In this document: positions 1 to 11,558 of the stretch, piece by piece | Layout of the letters: each line of letters opens with the position of its first letter | Position numbering within the stretch: position 1 is the first letter of the stretch | Source of the DNA: Rhodospirillales bacterium | GTDB taxonomy: Bacteria; Pseudomonadota; Alphaproteobacteria; Rhodospirillales; Defluviicoccaceae | Direction: 5' to 3' | Assembly: GCA_034382075.1 (NCBI GenBank) | Contig: JAXMOZ010000004.1 | Location: 5,740 to 69,739 of the forward strand | Length of the DNA: 64,000 nt | Translations under genes and position numbers: made by a program | Notes under the pieces: model-generated | Databases searched by the model: none | Seen by the model: the letters and a program-made list of their open reading frames with translations, nothing else | What the model was told of the DNA's origin: nothing

Positions 1-1323
1 GGCAAGCTCGCCGCCCGAGGCGATCCGGCTCAACGGTCCGGCGGGGCTGCCGGGATTGGTGGCAACCTCGAAGACCACCTGATCCTTGCCGTGGGGTCCC
101 CAGTCGCTTTCGGGAAGGGCGCGCACCACGGTGCGGAACACCGCCTTGCCGAGGTTGAGGGGCCGCAGTTCGCCTGCGACCTCGCCGTCCAGTCGCACCG
201 CCGCCTGCCTTCTGGCGTCGCCCAGCCGCTCGGCCACCGCGTCGTAGGCAGCGTGCGTGGCCTTCGCCTCGGCCTTCAGGCGCACCAGCCGGGCGGCGCC
301 GTCGTCGAGGTTGGCGAGCCTCTCGCCCAAGTCCAGGCGCAGCACCGGCAAGTTGGCGACGGCGCAGCCATGCTTGCGCGCCGCCGCGCGAAGCGCGAAC
401 AGCCGCTCCTCGGTCTCCTCCAGCCGGCGCGGGTCGAGATCCAGCTCCGCCAGCGCCCGCTCGATCTGCGCCTGCGCCTCGATCACCTCGCCGCGGGCGC
501 GGCCCAACGCCTCGATGGCGCCGTCGAGCTGGCCGCCGGCCAAAGCAGCGATGCGCTCCAGCGGGCGGACCGCGTTCTGAATCGAGGCCTCGGCACCCGG
601 CAGCGGCTCCTCGCCGGCCAAGGCCCGGGCGGCGTCGGCCATCGCCTGGACGATCTTCTCGCCGCTCAGCAGCCGGGCGCGGACCTCGGCGAGGGTGTCC
701 TCCTCGTCCGGCTTGGGATCGAGCTCATCGAGCTCGGCCAGAGCATGACGAAGAAACTCCTCGTCGCGGCGGGCGGCGGCCAGATCGGCCTCGGCCTCGG
801 CCAATGCTGCATCGGCGGCGGCGGCTTGCGCCCAAACCTCGGCGATCTCGCCGAGCAGCCCGTCGAGGCCGGCGAAGGCGTCGAGCAAGGTGCGGTGGGT
901 CGCGGGGCTCAGCAGCCGCTGGTTTTCGAACTGCCCGTGGATTTCGACCAGGCCGTCGCCGATCTGCCGGAGCAGCCCGGCCGCCACCGGCTGGTCGTTG
1001 ACGAAGGCCCGCGAGCGGCCGTCGGCGCCGACGATCCGGCGCAGCACCAGCGCGCCGTCCTCCACCACGATGCCCTGCTCGCCGAGGGCCGCGAGCAGCG
1101 GATGCGAAGGGGCGAGATCGAAGGCGGCGCTCACCGATCCCTGCGCCGCGCCGTGGCGGACCAATCTGGTCTCGGCCCGGCTGCCGAGGGCGAGGCCAAG
1201 GGCGTCGAGGAGGATCGACTTGCCGGCGCCGCTCTCGCCGGTGAGCGCCGACAGCCCCGGCTGGAACTCCAGATCGAGCCGGTCGATCAGAACGATGTCA
1301 CGAATGGAAAGCGCAGAAAGCAT
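1..1323 (-). CDS. recN: DNA repair protein RecN (N-terminal part; gene runs off the left edge)
   Basis: Minus-strand frame from ATG 1323..1321 reads MLSALSIRDIVLIDRLDLEFQPGLSALTGESGAGKSILLDA... (Walker A GESGAGKS, RecN-like N-terminus) and stays open to base 1. It is absent from the ORF track because it has no stop inside the window. Confidence 0.85.
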   Translation of the reverse strand, partial: MLSALSIRDIVLIDRLDLEFQPGLSALTGESGAGKSILLDALGLALGSRAETRLVRHGAAQGSVSAAFDLAPSHPLLAALGEQGIVVEDGALVLRRIVGADGRSRAFVNDQPVAAGLLRQIGDGLVEIHGQFENQRLLSPATHRTLLDAFAGLDGLLGEIAEVWAQAAAADAALAEAEADLAAARRDEEFLRHALAELDELDPKPDEEDTLAEVRARLLSGEKIVQAMADAARALAGEEPLPGAEASIQNAVRPLERIAALAGGQLDGAIEALGRARGEVIEAQAQIERALAELDLDPRRLEETEERLFALRAAARKHGCAVANLPVLRLDLGERLANLDDGAARLVRLKAEAKATHAAYDAVAERLGDARRQAAVRLDGEVAGELRPLNLGKAVFRTVVRALPESDWGPHGKDQVVFEVATNPGSPAGPLSRIASGGELA

Positions 1324-1356
1324 CGGCTGGAAGAGCCGCGGGGCCGCCGAGCCGCG

Positions 1357-2121
1357 TCATCCGCCCCGGCTCTCCACCAGGGCGTAGGCGTCGGCGTACC
1401 ACTCGCTGCCGGGGAAATTGTAGCCGAGGATGGCGGCGGTCTTGCGCGCCTCCTCGGTCAGCCCGAGGGCGGTGTAGGACTCGGTCAGGCGGAGCAACGC
1501 CTCGGGCACGTGGGTGGTCCTCTGGTACTTCTCCAGCACCGTGCGGAAGCGGTTGATGGCCGCGACATAGTAGCCGCGGTGGAGGTAGTAGCGGCCGACG
1601 ACCATCTCGCGGCCGGCCAGATGGTCGTTGGCGAGGTCGATCTTCACCTTGGCGTCGCGGGCGTAGTCGCTGTCGGGATAGCGGTTGATCAGCTCCTGGA
1701 AGGCGCGTTTGGCGTCCTCCGTCATCTTCTGGTCGCGCGCGGCGTCGGAGATGCGCTCGTAGTAGGCGAGCCCCTTGAGGTAGTAGGCGTAGGGGACGTC
1801 CTTGTCGGCCGGGTGCAGGTCGATGAAGCGGTCGAGCGCGGCGATGGCGTCGTCGTATTCGTTCGCCTCGTAGTGGGCGTAGGCCGCCTGCAGCTGGGCG
1901 TGGGTGGCCCACGGCGAGTAGGGGTGCTGGCGCTCCACCTCGTCGTAAAGCTTAGCCGCCTTCTTGAAGTCGCCGTCGTTCATGGCCGTCGAGGCGCGGG
2001 AGTAGAGCTCCTCGACGGACCGCTCGACGTATTCCTCGTCCTCCGATGAGGCGCAACCGGCCGCCAAAGCCAGCGTCAACAAGATCGCCGGCACGCTCCG
2101 CCTGTTCAGGATCAGCGCCAT
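1357..2121 (-). CDS. bamD: Outer-membrane protein assembly factor BamD (TPR lipoprotein)
   Basis: ORF 1357..2196. The internal ATG at 2121 gives MALILNRRSVPAILLTLALAAGC (signal peptide plus lipobox), then BamD/YfiO-like TPR sequence (YSPWATHAQLQAAYAHYEANEYDDAIAALDRFIDLHP). Confidence 0.85.
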   Translation of the reverse strand: MALILNRRSVPAILLTLALAAGCASSEDEEYVERSVEELYSRASTAMNDGDFKKAAKLYDEVERQHPYSPWATHAQLQAAYAHYEANEYDDAIAALDRFIDLHPADKDVPYAYYLKGLAYYERISDAARDQKMTEDAKRAFQELINRYPDSDYARDAKVKIDLANDHLAGREMVVGRYYLHRGYYVAAINRFRTVLEKYQRTTHVPEALLRLTESYTALGLTEEARKTAAILGYNFPGSEWYADAYALVESRGG

Positions 2122-2304
2122 TCCCGCTCTTCGCTCAGTCAACCGTCCATGAAGAACGCCGACTATATCATGACCGTTCCCGGCCGATCCAAGCAAAGCG
2201 TCCGCCTGTCTCAGCCTGACCCGGTGAAGCGGGAGCCACCGGCCGGCACGGGCCGGGGCACTTCCGCGCCCCGGCGATCGCGACCGGCACCCCGGCGGCC
2301 CGGT

Positions 2305-3804
2305 TCAGTTGGCCTGGCGGCGGAGGAACGCCGGAATGTCGAGCAGCTCCTCCTCCGGCTTCGACTGCGGCAGGCGCTCCTCCGGGCTGACGCTGCCGAA
2401 GCGCGGCGCCTTCATCGTGCCCTGCTGAGCCGCGGGTTCAGCCGTGTGCTCGCTCTCCTCCGGCTTGCCAGTCTTCACCCCCGACCGGCCGCCGCCGGTC
2501 ACCCGGGCGAGCAGGCTGGTCATCCGCTCCATGGCGCCATGGCCTTCGCTGCTGCCGCCGAAGACGTCGTCGCTGCGGCGGTGCTCGGTGCGGATGTGCG
2601 GGTCGTCGGCGAAGCCCTCGGAGCGGAAGGCGGCTTTGGCCTCGACCTGAGGCGTCGCCCGGCCGCCGTGGCTGTTGCCGTCGCGGGCGATGGGCGCGCC
2701 GTCGTCGGTGCCGGTGGCCAGCATCGCCGCCGCTTCTTGCTCGCCCTCGTCGTCCATGCCGCCGAGGCTGGACAGGTCGTCGTCGTTGTTCTGCACCAGG
2801 CTCAGCTTGGTGGTCGCGGGCTTGGCGGCGGCGCTGTCCATGCCGGTGGCGACGACGGAAACCCGCACCTTGCCCTGCAGCTCGTCGTCGAAGGTGGAGC
2901 CGAAGATGATGAAGGCGTCCGGATCGACTTCCGAGCGCACCCGGTTGGCCGCCTCGTCGACCTCGAACAGGGTCATGTCGGAGCCGCCGGTGATGTTGAT
3001 CAGCACCCCGCGGGCGCCCTTCATCGAGACGTCGTCGAGCAGCGGGTTGGAGATCGCGGCCTCGGCGGCGTCCAGCGCGCGGCGGTCGCCCTCGGCCTCG
3101 CCGGTGCCCATCATCGCCTTGCCCATCTCGCTCATCACCGCGCGGATGTCGGCGAAGTCGAGGTTGATCAGGCCCGGCATCACCATCAGGTCGGTGACGC
3201 CGCGCACGCCCGAGTAGAGCACGTCGTCGGCCATCTTGAAGGCGTCGGCGAAGGTGGTCCGCTCGTTGGCGACCCGGAACAGGTTCTGGTTGGGGATGAT
3301 GATCAGGGTGTCGACGAACTGCTCGAGCTCCTCGATGCCCTGCTCGGCGAGGCGCATCCGGTGCGCGCCCTCGAAGTGGAACGGCTTGGTGACGACGCCG
3401 ACGGTGAGGATCCCGGCCTCGCGGGCGGCCCGGGCGATCACCGGCGCGGCGCCGGTGCCGGTGCCGCCGCCCATGCCGGCGGCGATGAAGACCATGTTGG
3501 AGCCGCGGAGCTCGTCGATGATCTCTTCCAGCGCCTCTTCGGCGGCGATGCGGCCGATGTCGGGGCGCGAGCCGGCGCCGAGCCCTTGCGTGACGGTGAC
3601 GCCGAGCTGGATCCGCCGGTCGGCGATGGCCTGGGCGATGGCCTGGGCGTCCGTATTGGCGACGACGAACTCCACGCCTTCCAGGTGCGAGCGGATCATG
3701 TTGTTGACCGCATTGCCGCCGGCGCCGCCGACGCCGATGACGGTGATGCGCGGCTTGAGCTCGGGGGTCGGGTTGGCGATCGGGACGCTGAGGTTGATGG
3801 TCAT
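2305..3804 (-). CDS. ftsZ: Cell division protein FtsZ
   Basis: [13 protein letters not shown] tubulin signature, a long Asp/Ala/Gly-rich linker and the C-terminal peptide [12 protein letters not shown] 3804 (MTINLS) has GGAGG about 9 nt upstream; the track ORF starts 33 nt further up. Confidence 0.95.
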   Translation of the reverse strand: MTINLSVPIANPTPELKPRITVIGVGGAGGNAVNNMIRSHLEGVEFVVANTDAQAIAQAIADRRIQLGVTVTQGLGAGSRPDIGRIAAEEALEEIIDELRGSNMVFIAAGMGGGTGTGAAPVIARAAREAGILTVGVVTKPFHFEGAHRMRLAEQGIEELEQFVDTLIIIPNQNLFRVANERTTFADAFKMADDVLYSGVRGVTDLMVMPGLINLDFADIRAVMSEMGKAMMGTGEAEGDRRALDAAEAAISNPLLDDVSMKGARGVLINITGGSDMTLFEVDEAANRVRSEVDPDAFIIFGSTFDDELQGKVRVSVVATGMDSAAAKPATTKLSLVQNNDDDLSSLGGMDDEGEQEAAAMLATGTDDGAPIARDGNSHGGRATPQVEAKAAFRSEGFADDPHIRTEHRRSDDVFGGSSEGHGAMERMTSLLARVTGGGRSGVKTGKPEESEHTAEPAAQQGTMKAPRFGSVSPEERLPQSKPEEELLDIPAFLRRQAN

Positions 3805-3843
3805 TTTGCTGCTGCCTCCGTATCTTCCAATGTTCACTGGAGC

Positions 3844-5157
3844 TTAGAAGTTCTCCCGGAGCCATTGCCCCAGACGGCTCAGGCGGCTCGCCGGCGCATC
3901 CGCCGGCCGGTAGGTGGACGTGTCGCCTTGGTGAGGGTGGTTGACCGCGTAGCGCAAAAGTCCCGCGCAAGTTGAGAACCCGGGTCCGTACGCTGCTTCC
4001 GGCAATCCTTTCATCGGCCGTGGCCGGCCGATGCGGACCTGCTTGTCGAGAATCATGCTGGCGAGTTCCGGCGCGCCCGGCACCTGGCTGGCGCCGCCGG
4101 TGAGCACCACCCGGCGTCCGGCCATCCGGCTCAGCCCGGCGTCCTCCAGCCGGGCGCGGAGCATTTCGAAGGTCTCCTCCAGCCTGGAGCGGATGACGTT
4201 GACCAGCAGCGAGCGCGGCACCTGGCTCAGCTCGCCCGCGCCCTCTTCGCCCATGGGCGGGATCTCGATCACCTGCCGGTCGTCGGACGGCGACGGCAGG
4301 CAACTGCCGAACAGCGTCTTCATCCGCTCGGCCTGGGCCAGCGGCGTCGACAGCACCCGGGCGATGTCCTTGGTGACGTGGAAGCCGCCGATGGCGATGG
4401 CGTCGGTATGGATCAGCTCGCCGTCGAAGAACACGGCCAGCGAGGTGGTGCCGCCGCCCATGTCGATCAGGGTCACGCCCAGCGCCGTTTCGTCGTCGAC
4501 CAGGCAACCCAGCGCCGAGGCGTAGGACGAGACCACCTTGTCGGCGATCTCCAGGTGGCAGCGGTCGATGCAGGCGTTCAGGTTGCGCAGCGCCCCTTTG
4601 GCGGCGGTGATCATGTGCAGGCTGACGCCGAGGCGCTGGCCGAACATGCCGCGCGGGTCGCGGACGCCGCGGCAGCCGTCGATGCTGTAGCCGACGGGGA
4701 TGGCGTGGACGACCTCGCAGCCGTTGGCCTCGGCCTGGCCGATGCTGGCGGAGTCGAGGATGCGGCGGAGGTCGGCGTCGTCGATCTCGTGGCCGCCGAC
4801 GCTGACCTCGTAGGCCATCAGCCTGGAGCGGGGGTTGCCGGCGGAGACGTTGACGATGACGTGGCGGATGTTCTCGCCCGCCATCCGTTCCGCCGCCTCG
4901 ACCGTCGCCCTTACCGCCGCCTCGGCGGCGTCGAGATCGACGAAGGTGCCGGAGCGCAGGCCGCGGGAGGCGCGGTGGCCGACGCCGACGACCACGAGCC
5001 CGTTGCCCACCATCCGCGCGATCAGGCAGCTCACCTTGGTGGTGCCCACGTCCAGCGCGGCGATGAAGCCGTTCCTGGCCCAGCCGGGCGGCACCGGTCG
5101 CCTCCGGTGCAGGGCAGCGGCTTCGACGAGCTGAGGTGACTTGTCCCGGTCAGGCAT
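3844..5157 (-). CDS. ftsA: Cell division protein FtsA
   Basis: Actin/Hsp70-fold sequence FIAALDVGTTKVSCLIARM...LIDMGGGTTSLAVF, located between ftsQ and ftsZ. Start chosen at ATG 5157 (MPDRDKSP), overlapping the ftsQ stop by 8 nt. The upstream part of the 487-aa track ORF is low-complexity. Confidence 0.9.
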   Translation of the reverse strand: MPDRDKSPQLVEAAALHRRRPVPPGWARNGFIAALDVGTTKVSCLIARMVGNGLVVVGVGHRASRGLRSGTFVDLDAAEAAVRATVEAAERMAGENIRHVIVNVSAGNPRSRLMAYEVSVGGHEIDDADLRRILDSASIGQAEANGCEVVHAIPVGYSIDGCRGVRDPRGMFGQRLGVSLHMITAAKGALRNLNACIDRCHLEIADKVVSSYASALGCLVDDETALGVTLIDMGGGTTSLAVFFDGELIHTDAIAIGGFHVTKDIARVLSTPLAQAERMKTLFGSCLPSPSDDRQVIEIPPMGEEGAGELSQVPRSLLVNVIRSRLEETFEMLRARLEDAGLSRMAGRRVVLTGGASQVPGAPELASMILDKQVRIGRPRPMKGLPEAAYGPGFSTCAGLLRYAVNHPHQGDTSTYRPADAPASRLSRLGQWLRENF

Positions 5158-6010
5158 TCTTCTTGCGTGCTTCCTTGGCGGTGTCTGGTCCCGGCAGGGG
5201 CCGGACGACGACCCGGTCCGGCAGGCGCAGGTCGATGGTTTGCAGGCCGAGGCCGAGCAGGCCGTGGCGGCGGTCGTACTCGGCGAGCCGACGCCAGCCG
5301 TGGGCAAGGTCCGCTTCCGGCATCTGGACGTTGAGGCCGTCGGCGAACCGCAGGTTCCAGCGGCGCCCGGAGATGCTGATCGCCGCGGTGACCCGCTCGC
5401 TGAGGCTCGTTTCGGTGGCGAGCGTGGCGAGCAGGCCGGCCGCCTCGCTCGCCGCCTTCTGGTCGCCGACGATGACGACGAGGTCGGAGAACCGGCCGAG
5501 GTTGTCGCGATCGAGCACCGCGCCGGTCTCGTCGATCAGGGCGAAGCGGCCGTCGTGCTGCCACAGCGCCATCGGCCGGCGCTCGATGAGATGGACGACG
5601 ACAGTGTCCGGCAGCACCCGCTGGACCGAAACGTCGCTGACCCAGGGCAGCGCCAGCAGGCGCTCGCGTGCGGCGTCGAGATCCACGAACAGGATCGGCG
5701 CGCCTCGCTCGATGGCCAGCGCCTTGCGCAGGGCCTTTGCCGGCGTGTTCTTGCGTCCCTCGACGAAGACCTCGTTGACGCTGAAGCCCATCGCCAGCGA
5801 CCGCTGCACCACCGCCTGGCGCGCATCCTCGGCAAGGCGATGCGGCACGCCGGCCCGCCAGGCCCACCAGCCGTAGGCGAGCGACGAGGTCAGCAGCATG
5901 ATGGCGATGCCGGCCAGCGCCGAACGGCGGCGCCACAGCGGCACCACCCGCTTGCGGGGCTGGGGCCGCCGGCGCGTCGCCGGCTGCTTCTTTGCCTTCG
6001 TCAGTCGCAC
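5150..6010 (-). CDS. ftsQ: Cell division protein FtsQ (POTRA domain)
   Basis: Basic N-terminus, one TM (LAGIAIMLLTSSLAYGWWAW), then POTRA/FtsQ-like FSVNEVFVEGRKNTPAKALRKAL...LPWVSDVSVQRVLPDTVVVHLIER. GTG start at 6010 overlaps the end of ddl. Confidence 0.9.
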   Translation of the reverse strand: MRLTKAKKQPATRRRPQPRKRVVPLWRRRSALAGIAIMLLTSSLAYGWWAWRAGVPHRLAEDARQAVVQRSLAMGFSVNEVFVEGRKNTPAKALRKALAIERGAPILFVDLDAARERLLALPWVSDVSVQRVLPDTVVVHLIERRPMALWQHDGRFALIDETGAVLDRDNLGRFSDLVVIVGDQKAASEAAGLLATLATETSLSERVTAAISISGRRWNLRFADGLNVQMPEADLAHGWRRLAEYDRRHGLLGLGLQTIDLRLPDRVVVRPLPGPDTAKEARKKNA

Positions 6011-6903
6011 GTCGCGTTCTCCACCATCCAGGCGACCAGGCTTTCGAAGGACATGCCGCGGGCCGCGGCCTGTTCCGGGACCAGCGAGGTGGGCGTCATC
6101 CCGGGCTGGGTGTTGACCTCCAGCGCGTACAGGCTTTCGCCGTCGAACCGGAAATCGGCCCGGGACACGCCGCGGCAGCCCAGCGTCTGGTGGGCGAGCA
6201 CGGCGAGGCGCTGGGCCTCGGCGTAGACGAACGGGTCGAGTTGCGCCGGCACCACGTGGCGCGAGCCGCCGGCGGCATACTTGGCGTCGTAGTCGTAGAA
6301 GCCGCGCTCGGTGGTGATCTCGGTCACCGCCAGGGCCCGGTCACCCATTACCGCAACCGTGAGCTCGCGTCCGGCGATGAACCGCTCCACCATCACCCGC
6401 GAGCCATAGGGCCATGGCTCCTGCGCCCAGCGGGCCAGCTCGTCGGTGCTGCGGACGATCTTGACGCCGACGCTGGAGCCCTCGTTGAAGGGCTTGATCA
6501 CGAACGGCGGAGCCATCACCGCGCCCCGGACCACCGCCGCGCGATCGGCGATCACGTGCTCGGCCACCGGGATCCCGGCGTCGGCGAACAGCCGCTTCGC
6601 CGTCGGCTTGTCCATCGCCAGGGCCGAGGCCAGAACCCCGGAGTGGGTGTAGGGAATGGCGAGGATGTCGAGCAGGCCCTGGATGCAGCCGTCCTCGCCG
6701 TAGCGGCCGTGAAGCGCGTTGAAGACGGCGTCGGGAGCCGGCATCAGCGCGGAGAACAGAGCGGCGAGGTCGCGGGTCACGTCGAACGCGATCGCGTCGT
6801 AACCGGTGGCGCGCAAGCCCGCGGTGACCGCGGCGCCGCTTACCAGCGACACTTCCCGCTCCGCCGACCAGCCGCCCATCAGCACCAGGACCCGCTTGCT
6901 CAT
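6001..6903 (-). CDS. ddl: D-alanine--D-alanine ligase
   Basis: C-terminal 300 aa of track ORF 6001..8004: [23 protein letters not shown]...ALHGRYGEDGCIQGLLD...EVNTQPGMT (ATP-grasp Ddl). Its ATG forms an ATGA overlap with the murB stop. Confidence 0.93.
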   Translation of the reverse strand: MSKRVLVLMGGWSAEREVSLVSGAAVTAGLRATGYDAIAFDVTRDLAALFSALMPAPDAVFNALHGRYGEDGCIQGLLDILAIPYTHSGVLASALAMDKPTAKRLFADAGIPVAEHVIADRAAVVRGAVMAPPFVIKPFNEGSSVGVKIVRSTDELARWAQEPWPYGSRVMVERFIAGRELTVAVMGDRALAVTEITTERGFYDYDAKYAAGGSRHVVPAQLDPFVYAEAQRLAVLAHQTLGCRGVSRADFRFDGESLYALEVNTQPGMTPTSLVPEQAAARGMSFESLVAWMVENATCD

Positions 6904-7852
6904 GCCTTTGCCTCCGGGCTGAGGGTGAGCCGCGAGGCGCCGGGAACGCCGATCCGGTCGATCTCCCACTCCAGCCGCACGCCGGCTTCGGCAAAGACCC
7001 GGCGGCGAACCTCCTCGCCGAGCGCCTCGAGGTCGGCGGCGGCCGCGTCGCCCGTGTTGATCAGGAAGTTGCAGTGCTGCTCGGACACCTTGGCGCCGCC
7101 GACGGCAAGGCCACGGCAGCCGGCGCGGTCGATCAGTTCCCAGGCCTTGGCGCCTTCGGGGTTGGCGAAGGTGCTGCCGCCGGTGCGGGTGCGAACCGGC
7201 TGCGTCGCCTCCCTCCGGCTCTTGATCTCGTCCATGCGCCGGGCGATGGCGTCTTGGGGCAACGCGCGTCCGCGCAGCCGTGCCGACAGAAAAATCCAGT
7301 CCTTCGGCACGCCGCAGCGCCGGTAGGAGAAGCCAAGCGCGTCCGGCGCAAGCTCGTGGATCCTCCCATCGGGGGAGACGGCGCGGGCGCTTGCGACAAC
7401 GTCCTTGATCTCGCCGCCGTAGGCGCCGGCGTTCATCCTGAGCGCGCCGCCGATGGTCCCCGGCACGCCGCTCAAGAATTCCAGCCCGCCGAGGCCGGCT
7501 TCGAGCGCCGCTCGGGCGACGTTGGCGTCCAGCGAACCGGCGCCGGCTTCGATCTCCTGGCCCTTGGCCTCGACGCCGGCGAAGGCGCGGCCGAGGCGGA
7601 CGACGACGCCCGGGACCCCGCCGTCGCGCACCAGCAGGTTCGAGCCCACGCCCAGCACCGTGACCGCCACGTCGGCGGGCTTGGCCGCAAGGAAGGCGGC
7701 GAGGTCGTCCTCGTCGGCGGGGCGAAACAGCACCTCCGCCGGCCCGCCGACGCGAAACCAAGTGATCGAGGCAAGCGAAACAGCCTCGGCGTAGCGGCCG
7801 CGCACCGGCGGCAGCCGGTCGACGAGGCGAAGGTCGCGGACGCGGGCGGCCA

Positions 7853-7856
<4 letters not shown>
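6900..7856 (-). CDS. murB: UDP-N-acetylenolpyruvoylglucosamine reductase
   Basis: FAD-binding MurB sequence [22 protein letters not shown]...[14 protein letters not shown]...GGSTFANP. Start at ATG 7856 (MMAARVRD), in an ATGA overlap with the murC stop. Confidence 0.92.
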
Positions 7857-9288
<1,432 letters not shown>

Positions 9289-9292
<4 letters not shown>

Positions 9293-10443
9293 GCGCGGCC
9301 CCCCGGCGCGGTGGTGATGATGGACGGTCCGGCCCCGAGCCCGCCGACGCTGCCGACGACGTCGGCCAGCCTGGCGGCGGCGTCGGGGCAGCCGGCGGCG
9401 CGCGCCGCAGCCGCGGCCTTGCTCAAGTCCGCGCCGTCGCCGGCGAAGAGCTCGGTGAGCCGGCCGGCCAGGCTGTCGGCGTCGAAGCCCTGCTGCGGCA
9501 GCACCCAGGCGGCGCCGGTGGCGGCCAGCGCCCGGGCGTTGGCGCTCTGGTGGTCGTCGATGGCGAAGGGGTAGGGGATCAGGATCGCCGGGCGGCCCAG
9601 CGCCGTGAGTTCGGCGACCGTGGAGGCGCCGGCCCTGGCGATCACCAGGTGGGCCGCGGCCAGCCGCTGCGGCACGTCGTCGAAGAAGGGCGCGAGATCC
9701 ACCGTCACCTGGAGCTGCCGGTAGGCCGCATCCGCCGCCGCCAAACCTTCCGCCCGGCACTGCTGGGAGATCACCAGGCGCCGGCGCAGCGAGGGATCGA
9801 GGCTGGCGACCGCCGCCGGGACCACCTCGCCGAAGATCCTGGCGCCCTGGCTGCCGCCCAGAACCAGCAGGCGGATTTCGCCGTCCGCGGCCGGCGGGAC
9901 GTACTCCTGCGCTCCGGCGAACGCGGGGCGCACCGGCATGCCGGTGCGAACGATCTTCGCAACAGCCCGCGGCGGCACCGCCGCAACCTCGGCGAAGCTG
10001 GTGGCGATCCTGTCGACCCGGCCGGCGAGCAGCCGGTTGGCCCGGCCGAGCACGGCGTTCTGCTCGTGCACGACCGTGCGGATGCCGGCGGCGGTTGCCG
10101 CCAGCACCGTCGGCACCGACGCATAGCCGCCAAAGCCCACGACCGCGCGCGGTGCCAGCGTCTTCAGCAGCCGCCGGGCCTGGAGCAGGCCGAGGGCGAG
10201 GTCGGCGAGGCTGCGGGCGCGGGCGAGAAGCCCCTGGCCGGCCAGGCCGCCGGCACGGATCGTCCGGCTCTCCAGCGCTCCGAGGGTGCCGCCGTAGACA
10301 TCGCCGCGGCGGTCGGTGAACAGCATCAACGCCGCGCCACGGCGGATCAGTTCCGCCGCCAGCGCTTCCGCCGGGAAGACATGCCCACCGGTGCCGCCGG
10401 CGGCGAGGACGACGAGGGGCGGAGGTGTGGCGGCGGCCGTCAC
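9289..10443 (-). CDS. murG: Undecaprenyldiphospho-muramoylpentapeptide beta-N-acetylglucosaminyltransferase
   Basis: [32 protein letters not shown]... (GT28, G-loop GGTGGH). GTG start at 10443 forms a GTGA overlap with the ftsW stop. The rest of the 767-aa track ORF is run-through over ftsW in another frame. Confidence 0.9.
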
Positions 10444-11558
10444 GACCGGCCCTCCCGGCGCTCGCGCGTCAGCGCCAGCACCATGCCCATGGCCCAGGCC
10501 ATCGCCAGGGTCGAGCTGCCGCCATAGGAGATGAACGGCAGGGTGATGCCCTTGGGCGGAATGAGGTGGGTGCTGGACGCGATGTTCATCAGCGCCTGCA
10601 TGCCGAACAGCGCCAACAGGCCCGCGGAGGCCAGCACCACGAAGATGTCTTCGGCCTTGAGCGCCCGGCTGAAGCCGCGAATGACGACGAAGGCAAAGAT
10701 CAGAAGCAGCAGCAGGCAGAAGGCGAGGCCGAACTCCTCGCCGGCGACGGCGAAGATGAAGTCGGCGTGCGCGTCCGGAAGGTAGTCCTTCACCTGGCCC
10801 TCGCCGGGGCCGCGGCCGAACAGGCCGCCGCTCTTGAAGGCGTCCAGCGCCCGGGAGATCTGGAAGCCATCGCCGGTGGTGGGGTCCAAGAAGTGGTCGA
10901 CCCGGTAGCGGACGTGGTCGAAGCTGAAGTAGGCACCGGCCGCGCCGCCCGCGAACAGCAGCACGACGACGAAGACCAGCGCCAGCGGCAGGCCGGCGAG
11001 GAACACCTGGATCGACCAGACCGCGGCGATCAGCACGGTGGTGCCGATGTCCGGCTGGAGCACCAGAACGCCCGCGACCGCAAGCATGGTGGCGGCGCTG
11101 GCGTAGTAGCCCCAGCTGCGGTCCTGCGCCCGGCTCTCGGCGACGATCCAGGCGGAGACCACCGCGTAGCCCACCTTCAGCATCTCCGAGGGCTGCAGCG
11201 AAACGCCGCCGAAGCGGACCCAGCGGGTCGCGCCCTTGACCTCGGCGCCGGTGAACAGCGTCATCGCCGTCAGCACGAAGCCGATCACGAAGACGACGGC
11301 GGCGATCCGCCGCACCCCGGTCGGCGAAAGCAGCGAGGTGGCAAGCAGCACGCAAAGCGCGGCGGGCAGGTAGATGAACTGGCGCTGGGCGAAGTAAAAC
11401 GCCTCGAGCCCCTTGCCGGTGGCCACCGCGGTCGACGCGGCCATGGTCAAGACCAAGCCCAACCCGATCAGCAGCAGCAGGGCGCCGAGGGTCCAGTGGT
11501 CGACGGTCCACCACCAGCGGGCGAGCAGGCTGGTGTCGGTGCGGGCGAAGGTGCTCAT
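10440..11558 (-). CDS. ftsW: Peptidoglycan glycosyltransferase / cell division protein FtsW (SEDS family)
   Basis: [24 protein letters not shown]..., multi-TM, with SEDS motifs LQPSEMLK and [12 protein letters not shown] 11558 overlaps the murD stop (ATGA). Confidence 0.92.
   Translation of the reverse strand: MSTFARTDTSLLARWWWTVDHWTLGALLLLIGLGLVLTMAASTAVATGKGLEAFYFAQRQFIYLPAALCVLLATSLLSPTGVRRIAAVVFVIGFVLTAMTLFTGAEVKGATRWVRFGGVSLQPSEMLKVGYAVVSAWIVAESRAQDRSWGYYASAATMLAVAGVLVLQPDIGTTVLIAAVWSIQVFLAGLPLALVFVVVLLFAGGAAGAYFSFDHVRYRVDHFLDPTTGDGFQISRALDAFKSGGLFGRGPGEGQVKDYLPDAHADFIFAVAGEEFGLAFCLLLLLIFAFVVIRGFSRALKAEDIFVVLASAGLLALFGMQALMNIASSTHLIPPKGITLPFISYGGSSTLAMAWAMGMVLALTRERREGRS

Noticed and set aside
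91-2049. 652-aa plus-strand ORF covering recN and bamD
   Set aside because: The translation is Ala/Gly/Arg/Leu/Val-rich low complexity (e.g. LVVGVGRLQLGVGGPRRVGVL). It is antisense to two clearly recognisable genes and is a typical high-GC artefact.
2149-4507. 608-aa (+) and 689-aa (-) ORFs overlapping ftsZ/ftsA
   Set aside because: These are Arg/Pro/Gly/His-rich nonsense translations in alternative frames of ftsZ and ftsA, with no motifs.
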